Of a stretch of 12,023 nt of DNA, positions 1 through 6,875 are shown piece after piece. Position 1 is the stretch's first letter, and each line of letters begins with the position of its first letter. The notes beneath the pieces were generated by a model that was not told where the DNA came from, searched no databases, and was given only the letters and a program-made list of their open reading frames with translations. Both the position numbers and the translations under genes were made by a program. The stretch is from an uncultured archaeon (lineage in GTDB: Archaea > Asgardarchaeota > Lokiarchaeia > Sigyniarchaeales > SOKP01). The stretch spans positions 1-12,023 of the forward strand of contig CAZGJX010000114.1 of NCBI GenBank assembly GCA_964525635.1, written 5' to 3'.

Positions 1-28
1 TCCGTTTAAATACTGTCCTGATTTATCA

Positions 29-991
29 TCATTTTTGGAAACTATGACTTACCCTACTTGTAAAATATGCAGCAAATTTATTCAATCTCATTCCTGGTAT
101 TTTAAATTTTGGGGTAATTTTCTTTGCTTCTTTGATTGATATACCAAGAATTTCTATATTTTCTAAATCTCCAATACCTAATTTTCTCTCTACAGCATTC
201 GCTAAATGTGGAACATTTAGAGCGTTTACTTTTCCTATTTCTAGAGCAACGACATCTAAAGCTAATTCATCTGTCCCTGCAAGTATTAAACCCCAATTTA
301 CCATCTTTCCTGAAACAGGACCCATTGGACCTTGCATAACCTTATCAAGGTCATATACAGTTATTCTTTTTTTTTTATTTTTAACAATCCATGAAAAATT
401 GTCTACTATACATTCTCCAAATTCATAAGGATTTCTACCTAACAAATGATATTTTGCTTTAAGTCCTCCTGGTATGATTCCCCAATAGTTTTTAATTGCA
501 CCTGTAATTGTTGCTTCGCCATGAGTTTTAAGTCTAGGCAAATTTATTATAACATCAGATTCTTTCACTGGTTTTGATACATAAATTTCTTTTAATTTAA
601 TTCCATCATTAATATTTTCTTTTATTGGTGCTTCATTTTCAAAATTAACAAATTTTATTTCTTCTTCTATACTGATATCATAAATATTTAATTTTTTGGC
701 AATAAATGTTGCTGTTTTTCTTACTTGACCTGGCGAATCTCCAATAAATATATTATCTGGAGAAATATTCTTTAATTTAAGAAATTTAATTACTCCCCTA
801 ATAATACTAGGTTGAGTACAAGCGTTTTCTTTATCAATTAATAAATTTGGTTTTAAAAGTATATTTCTAGAATTATCAAATTTATATTTTAAATCTGATT
901 CTATTAACTTTAATGCAGCTATGACCGCATCTTCTGTGCTTTCATAGTCTTTTATATTTACTATACTTATTTTTGTTGTGATATTCATCAT
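29..991 (-). CDS. DUF362 domain-containing protein, apparently without the C-terminal 4Fe-4S ferredoxin domain
   Basis: 320-aa ORF with DUF362 motifs ILLKPNL, CTQP, GDSPG, VIINLPRLKTH, TGAIKNYWG and D..ALD. Ends at TGA-TGA-TAA with no CxxCxxC motif. Confidence 0.85.
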   Translation of the reverse strand: MMNITTKISIVNIKDYESTEDAVIAALKLIESDLKYKFDNSRNILLKPNLLIDKENACTQPSIIRGVIKFLKLKNISPDNIFIGDSPGQVRKTATFIAKKLNIYDISIEEEIKFVNFENEAPIKENINDGIKLKEIYVSKPVKESDVIINLPRLKTHGEATITGAIKNYWGIIPGGLKAKYHLLGRNPYEFGECIVDNFSWIVKNKKKRITVYDLDKVMQGPMGPVSGKMVNWGLILAGTDELALDVVALEIGKVNALNVPHLANAVERKLGIGDLENIEILGISIKEAKKITPKFKIPGMRLNKFAAYFTSRVSHSFQK

Positions 992-1211
992 TTGAATCTT
1001 TTATCTTAAAAATTTCATAAAATAGCAACAATGTTGAGAAAAATATTTTAAAAGATTTTAAAATTATTTTTATTTATAGACAATTTTTTAAAAAATAAAT
1101 ATAATTTAAATTTTATAAAGCATAAAAAGAGGAATAATATATTCAAAAGATCTAAAACTAAACTTTAATTATAAACTCGATAATTCATATAATCTGGATG
1201 TAAAAAATCTA

Positions 1212-1763
1212 ATGATATCTTCTCAAAGTGATGCAATTTTTAAGATATGTATTTTTGGAGATGGAGGCGTTGGTAAAACTGCCCTAGTTAGACGATATCT
1301 TAGTGGATTGTTCGATGAATCTACATCAATGACTATAGGACTAGATTGTTATTCTAAAAAATTCAAGATTAAAGATTTAAATATAACTTTACAAATATGG
1401 GATTTTGCTGGTGAGGCGAGATTTAGGTTCCTTTTACCCTCATATATAACTGGATCTTCAGGAGGAATATTTATGTTTGATATTACTAGATATACAAGTT
1501 TTAACAATTTTCCAGATTGGTTAAATATCTTTAAACAAATTTATAAGATAAAAGATGATGTATCTAAATACCCAATAATTATAGTAGGTGGAAAATCAGA
1601 TTTAAATGATACGCGATCAGTTCCTCCAGAAGATGCTGAAAATATTGTAGAAAATGAAAGTCTCTATAAATATATGGAATGTTCCGCTAAAAATGGAGAT
1701 AATGTTGAAAATATATTTATAGAGATCACAAAATATATGTTAAAAATAGCACAAATAATCTAA
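1212..1763 (+). CDS. Ras-superfamily, Rab-like small GTPase (Asgard type)
   Basis: G1 GDGGVGKT, G2 MTIG, G3 WDFAGE, G4 GGKSD, G5 ECSAK. RabF-like segments IGLDC, TLQIW, RFRFLL, YITGS and FMFDIT. No C-terminal Cys prenylation motif. Confidence 0.95.
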   Translation: MISSQSDAIFKICIFGDGGVGKTALVRRYLSGLFDESTSMTIGLDCYSKKFKIKDLNITLQIWDFAGEARFRFLLPSYITGSSGGIFMFDITRYTSFNNFPDWLNIFKQIYKIKDDVSKYPIIIVGGKSDLNDTRSVPPEDAENIVENESLYKYMECSAKNGDNVENIFIEITKYMLKIAQII

Positions 1764-2409
1764 ATGTAGTTTGAATCAAACTTCAATTATAAAGTTTTGT
1801 AAGCGATTATTAACACATTAACAAGAGATATTAATCATTTAATAAAAAAAAGAAAACTGAAAAATATTTTTTTTTTGTTCAAAAAAGGTAAACGTAAATA
1901 AAAAATCCATATATAGTTATCTTAGATATTTTTAATGTAATTATTCAGAAAAAGCATTTATTTAAATATTTCCTAATAATCATTTGATTTTTCTATGAAA
2001 TTATGTTTTTTGATTATTTATTGTAGGATAAGAGGAAATAGTCATTCTTCTTTTTTGTCGGGATCATCTTTTTAAAAAACATAACTATATAACTAAGATA
2101 TTAAGATATTTATTTAATATATAAATCTTAATGAATATAAAGCAATTTAGCAATAATTGGGTGAGGGAAAAATTATATATATATTAAAAAAATAAAAAAA
2201 TGAGTCAGTTGTATATAATCTATGTTAAATTTTCATTATTTATGAATCTGTTCTAATTTAAAAACCAATACCTTATATTAATGGACTAATATAATAAAAT
2301 TATCTTATCTATATTATAATTTAAAAAGAAGAATATTAAACATATTATTTATGTATTTTTATTTAATAAATATTAATTTTATATAAACAATATTTAATAA
2401 TGGGATATT

Positions 2410-2772
2410 ATGCCATTTGGATCATTAATTTTAAAGTGGGATGAAAGAAAGGGTATTGATATAATAGCAAAATATCCTGAAAATATAGAGTCAAAAATAA
2501 CGCGAAAAACTTTAATCCAAATATATAATATGCATCAATACCTAATAGAGGAAGGTGTTATCTGGTTACATCTAGATGCTATAAATATTTCATCTTATTT
2601 TTCAGGTAAAAATAATCCTTATTATTTTATACTAATCTTAAATATCCTTGAAAATCCAGAAGAATTTGAAGAAATAACAAGAAGATTTGGACAAGAATTG
2701 TTAAATAATATAGAAAAGGAAGATCTAAAGGATTTCCTTGCTAAAATAAGCAAAGAACTTAATATAATCTAA
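2410..2772 (+). CDS. Stand-alone longin-like (uDENN/longin fold) domain protein
   Basis: 120 aa. The N-terminal beta hairpin LILKWDERKGIDIIAKYP matches the hhhxW/FDxxxGxxhxxxYP pattern of longin/uDENN-type domains. It is followed by a helix, three strands (VIWLHL, ISSYF, YFILIL) and C-terminal helices. Pattern recognition only. Confidence 0.7.
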   Translation: MPFGSLILKWDERKGIDIIAKYPENIESKITRKTLIQIYNMHQYLIEEGVIWLHLDAINISSYFSGKNNPYYFILILNILENPEEFEEITRRFGQELLNNIEKEDLKDFLAKISKELNII

Positions 2773-2786
2773 AAAAAACAACTTAT

Positions 2787-3635
2787 CTATATTGTATATA
2801 TCATATTATCTAATTTTTGTAAAACTAAGTTGGGTAATAATTCATTATAACTTTTATCAGACTGATTTAACTTATTTTTAATTTCTTGAATCTCTTTTTG
2901 TGTTGTAACTCCTGTTAATACAGCTACAGTCGTAATACCTGCTCTATTTCCTGCTAATATGTCTGTGTTAAGTCGATCGCCAATTATACATGTATTATTA
3001 TTTTTCACTCTTCTCTCCTCTACAATTTTATTTATTCCAAATGGATTTGGTTTTCCAAAGGTTATTTGTGGTTCTTTATTTGTACAAGTTTTAACAGCAT
3101 TAACCATAACGCCTGCACCAGGCATTATTCTATCCTCTGCAGGTAATGTTGTATCTGAATTTGTAGCAATAAATTTTGCACCATAATATAGGATACATTT
3201 TTGTGCAAATGACAATTTTTGATAATTAAAATCTCTATCAAGACCAACTATAACAAAATCTACATCGTCATCTTTATCTTCTTCTTTAATTATAACATGT
3301 CCCATATCCTCTAATTCAGTTTTCAATCCAATCTCGCCAATAATGAATATTTTAGAATTCTTATTCATTTTAGTTATTTCTGCGGCAGTTATAGACGCAC
3401 TTGTGTAAAAATCAGCAATTTCACTCTTAATTCCAAACTTTTCCAATCTTTCTACATACATTTGACGGGTTATTGTAGAATTATTTGAGTTATATACAAT
3501 TTTAATTGATAGATCTTTCAATTCCTGAATAATTTTATCTACGTTAGGGATTATCTTTTCTCCTCGATATACAACACCATCGAGGTCTAGAATAACTAAT
3601 TTAATCTCTTTTAACTCATTAATTAGGACTCTCAT
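2787..3635 (-). CDS. HAD superfamily subfamily IIA hydrolase (NagD/phosphoglycolate-phosphatase-like)
   Basis: Motif I DLDGV, motif II NSNNS, cap region FIATNSD and MPGAG, motif III GKP, motif IV GDRLNTDI. Confidence 0.93.
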   Translation of the reverse strand: MRVLINELKEIKLVILDLDGVVYRGEKIIPNVDKIIQELKDLSIKIVYNSNNSTITRQMYVERLEKFGIKSEIADFYTSASITAAEITKMNKNSKIFIIGEIGLKTELEDMGHVIIKEEDKDDDVDFVIVGLDRDFNYQKLSFAQKCILYYGAKFIATNSDTTLPAEDRIMPGAGVMVNAVKTCTNKEPQITFGKPNPFGINKIVEERRVKNNNTCIIGDRLNTDILAGNRAGITTVAVLTGVTTQKEIQEIKNKLNQSDKSYNELLPNLVLQKLDNMIYTI

Positions 3636-3737
3636 TATTATATAAGATAATAAGGAATAAAATTAAAACATAGTTGTATATTAAATAACCATTTAATTAT
3701 TTCTATTATCTAAAATAAAATATAATGATATGGATTA

Positions 3738-4871
3738 TCAAAAAAATCTGATTGGAAGTCCAAGAATGTTATAAAAAATAGTTATACCAATAGTTATTAT
3801 AATTGGATTTAAAAGATTATCAGCAATATATGTTGGAAAATAATCAAGTAAGAAAAATATTGTTGCTCCAATTAGTGCATATAAGGGTCCTACAGTAAAT
3901 AATCCAATTAGGTATGCACTTCCAACACCCGCAATAAAACCTTCAACACTTTTTTCTTGCCCTCGTAAACAAACGACTTTATGTTTTCCATACTTTCTCC
4001 CAATTAACGCTGCAGCAGCATCAGAAAAACATGCTATTAAAATACCCGCTGAAACTGTTAAAATATGTGCATAACCTTCCAAAAATAAAAGATATGAAAA
4101 AATAACACCAGTTATTAAATATATTTGAGGACCAACAGCATTATATTCTTCATTCCTAAGAACTGAACGTGTTAAAAGATTAAATATAGAATATTCAGGC
4201 CCCCATAAAACTCTGATTAATTCTGATATTATAGCAAAAACTAATATTGCAATTAAAGCAAACATTGTTATATATTTTATTGCTTCAGCACTTCCTATAG
4301 AATAAGGATAATCAATAATATCTCCCCATAAAATATTATATAGACTTTCAGTCTGATTTATAAAATCAATTATTCCTTCATTTATCATCGAAGTTATGGG
4401 TGGCATTATAAAAAATCCAAAAACAGCTAAAATATATAGTAATCCTGCCAAATGAAATATTTTTCTAATAGCTTCCATTTTGAGCGAAATTTTATTTCGA
4501 TATGGACTTTCATTTCTCATTAAAATCATATATCTCATTAATAAGGAAATTTTATTATCATTATTTAAATTATCAGAATCTATTTTATTACTAATTCTTT
4601 TAATTAATAGACTAAAACTAAGAAAAATAATTAATATAATTCCAATCCACCATACCATAAATCCATCAAATGGATAATAAACAAACTCTTTTATTGTGTT
4701 ATAATATCCGAAAATAATGAATAATATTCCACAAATAAAGGTTGAACTAGCTCCATATTTATTATTTTTATAACCCCTATAAGTGATTAAAAACATTAGG
4801 AATGATAATAAAAAAAAGAATAATGTTAATGTTGTATTATAAATATCTGGTAATATTTCCAAGCTAATCAT
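3738..4871 (-). CDS. Polytopic membrane protein of the CTP-dependent lipid kinase/cytidylyltransferase family (Dgk1, phytol/farnesol kinase, dolichol kinase-like)
   Basis: Motifs EAIRKIFH, LRNEE, SDAAAALIGRKYG, KSVEG and DNLLNP, with many hydrophobic helices. Has an extra N-terminal segment of about three TM helices. Confidence 0.82.
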   Translation of the reverse strand: MISLEILPDIYNTTLTLFFFLLSFLMFLITYRGYKNNKYGASSTFICGILFIIFGYYNTIKEFVYYPFDGFMVWWIGIILIIFLSFSLLIKRISNKIDSDNLNNDNKISLLMRYMILMRNESPYRNKISLKMEAIRKIFHLAGLLYILAVFGFFIMPPITSMINEGIIDFINQTESLYNILWGDIIDYPYSIGSAEAIKYITMFALIAILVFAIISELIRVLWGPEYSIFNLLTRSVLRNEEYNAVGPQIYLITGVIFSYLLFLEGYAHILTVSAGILIACFSDAAAALIGRKYGKHKVVCLRGQEKSVEGFIAGVGSAYLIGLFTVGPLYALIGATIFFLLDYFPTYIADNLLNPIIITIGITIFYNILGLPIRFF

Positions 4872-4956
4872 ATATTCAAAATAATTCTATTATTATTGCA
4901 AATATAGAATCAAATAATTATTCTTTGATTTATTTAATTATTAATAAAAAAAACAA

Positions 4957-6048
4957 TTGGATGAATTTGGTTTGATAAAAGAGCAAAATTATTTTCTCAA
5001 AACACTTATGAGATTAAATTCAGGAGCAATTCCAATTTATTGTACAGGTTTTCCAGAAGAAGATTTTATGAAAGAATATATGAAAGAATATAAAATTCTC
5101 TCTGATAATAATAAAGATTTTTATTTAAAAGAAAAAGATTATTCATTAATTAAAAATATTGGTTTTGATGCGATTTCAATTTGGGATTTTAGGAGGGGAA
5201 AGGGGCATTATTTCTTAGATAGTGAAAAAAAGGAATTAAAAGTTGATGGTTGGGGAAGAGTATATAAGAATAATTGGTATACTTGGGATGGTGTATTTAA
5301 AAATGAAGATATTTTGAATAATTGGAAATATTTATCTGCACCCTCGAAAAATAATTTGTTAAAATTAAATAGATTTCTGAAAAAAGTAGGTGATAAGATT
5401 AATTTTGTGTTATCTTTACCCGGTCTTTTTGAAAAAACATGGCAATCAATGGGCTTTATATATTTCTCTAAATGTATAAGGAAGAATATAGATTTTATAA
5501 AAAAAACAATAGATTTTTTCTTCTCATATGTAAAGAATCTAATAAATATGTTGCAGAAAGCAGGGGCTTCTCTTTTTCTTATAGCTGATGATATTGGATA
5601 TAATAATCGATTATTCATCCAAAAAAACATGTTCAAAAACCTATTTCTTGATAAGTATATTGAACTTGTAGAAATAATTCATAATAAAAAAAATCTTGTT
5701 ATAGTTCATTCAGATGGGTATATATCTAATATTATTGATTTATTTATAAAAATTGGTTTTGATGGGGTACAAAGTATAGAATCTAATGCTGGTAACAATA
5801 TATTTGACCTTTTTAAAAAATATAATAATCAAATTTGCTTTATTGGTAATATAGATAATGGAAAATATTTAACTTTTGGGAAGAAACAACAAGTTAAACA
5901 TTACATAGATACTTTAATCAAAAAATCTAGGAAATATAATTCTTCATTAATAATCTCTCCAACCCAGCAAATCAATTCAATTGTTCAACCAAAGAATATA
6001 AAAACTATGATACAAACAACAAAAATGTTTTCTCACAATAAGTATTGA
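4957..6048 (+). CDS. Uroporphyrinogen decarboxylase/cobalamin methyltransferase (URO-D/MtaA-like) fold protein
   Basis: Motifs VDGWGRVY, LPGLFEKTW, IADDIG, VHSDG, GFDGVQSIE and ICFIGNID. TTG start at 4957, with an in-frame ATG alternative at 5008. Confidence 0.82.
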   Translation: MDEFGLIKEQNYFLKTLMRLNSGAIPIYCTGFPEEDFMKEYMKEYKILSDNNKDFYLKEKDYSLIKNIGFDAISIWDFRRGKGHYFLDSEKKELKVDGWGRVYKNNWYTWDGVFKNEDILNNWKYLSAPSKNNLLKLNRFLKKVGDKINFVLSLPGLFEKTWQSMGFIYFSKCIRKNIDFIKKTIDFFFSYVKNLINMLQKAGASLFLIADDIGYNNRLFIQKNMFKNLFLDKYIELVEIIHNKKNLVIVHSDGYISNIIDLFIKIGFDGVQSIESNAGNNIFDLFKKYNNQICFIGNIDNGKYLTFGKKQQVKHYIDTLIKKSRKYNSSLIISPTQQINSIVQPKNIKTMIQTTKMFSHNKY

Positions 6049-6268
6049 TTTTTTGAATTATAAAGAAAATTGTAAAAATAGAATAATAAGGATAATTCTT
6101 GAAGTTTTTTTGTCAATATATTTTTATGATTTAATAATCTAATAATATAGTCAAATCAAAAAAAATAAAAGATATAATAAAAATTAAATAATATCAATCT
6201 AAGTTTAAATATAACTTATAATGTAATTATATTATAAATTATATTATTATTCATATTAATTTATAATT

Positions 6269-6272
6269 GGAG
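6269..6272 (+). promoter_or_regulatory. Shine-Dalgarno-like GGAG upstream of the Roadblock gene
   Basis: GGAG lies 10 nt before the ATG at 6283 in an almost G-free intergenic region. A TATA-like TTTAAATA sits at 6204-6211. Confidence 0.4.
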
Positions 6273-6282
6273 TTATTTTCTC

Positions 6283-6654
6283 ATGATAGAATCAACAGGA
6301 GGAACGCTTGATAGTATTTTGAAGCAATTATTAGCTTCTATTCCGGAAGTAAAGTCTGCAGCTATCGTATCCGTCGAAGGGCTTCCTATAGCATCTGCTC
6401 TTCCACAAGGAGTTGACGAAACTCGTATTGCAGCTATGACCGCAGCAATTCTCTCACTTGGAGAGAGAGCAGCTCATGAAATGCAAAAAGGAGATCTAGA
6501 ACAAATAATGGTGAAAGGAAGTGATGGTGTTCTATTAGTTTTAGCAGCAGGTCCTAATGCGGTTTTAACGGTTTCTACAACTAAAGATGTTAGACTAGGA
6601 TTGATCTTTTTAGATTGCAAAAGGACTTGTGAGAAAATAGCTAAATTAATTTAA
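6283..6654 (+). CDS. Roadblock/LC7 (MglB-like) domain protein
   Basis: 123 aa with the canonical pattern SAAIVSVEGLPIASALP, RIAAMTAAILSLGERAA, LEQIMVKG..G, AVLTV and LGLIFLD. Confidence 0.95.
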   Translation: MIESTGGTLDSILKQLLASIPEVKSAAIVSVEGLPIASALPQGVDETRIAAMTAAILSLGERAAHEMQKGDLEQIMVKGSDGVLLVLAAGPNAVLTVSTTKDVRLGLIFLDCKRTCEKIAKLI

Positions 6655-6875
6655 TTCTTTAAATAATATTTCTGTTAATCTTTTTCATTATTGGTAATAT
6701 TCATTTTTCTTCTATCTAAAAACATTATTAAATTATTAATTTATTAGAGACAAATTATTTTAATAGATAAATTACTATTTCTTAAAATATAATGAAGATC
6801 TTTGTTGTTTTTCAATTTTAATTCAATAAATGAGATTTAATAACATTCTCTACTAACTTAGTAATAAATTTAAAA

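Noticed and set aside
23-31. Selenocysteine readthrough of TGA TGA at the end of DUF362
   Set aside because: Lokiarchaeia can encode Sec, but an in-frame TAA follows immediately, there is no redox-motif context and no SECIS is visible.
132-428. + strand ORFs 132..428 and 136..339
   Set aside because: Antisense shadows of the well-supported DUF362 gene with no recognisable motifs.
1039-1071. Near-perfect inverted repeat AAAAATATTTTAAAA-GA-TTTTAAAATTATTTTT in the divergent promoter region
   Set aside because: Arms are composed only of A/T in extremely AT-rich DNA, so it cannot be distinguished from background.
2015-2083. About 22-aa - strand mini-ORF MFFKKMIPTKKKNDYFLLSYNK
   Set aside because: Too short, with no motif or translation signal; expected by chance.
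2959-3186. 75-aa + strand ORF
   Set aside because: Antisense to the HAD-IIA gene; shadow ORF.
4480-4677. 65-aa + strand ORF
   Set aside because: Antisense to the lipid kinase-like gene; low-complexity I/L/K composition.
5208-5636. 142-aa - strand ORF
   Set aside because: Antisense to the URO-D-fold gene; Phe-rich mirror of Lys/Glu codons.
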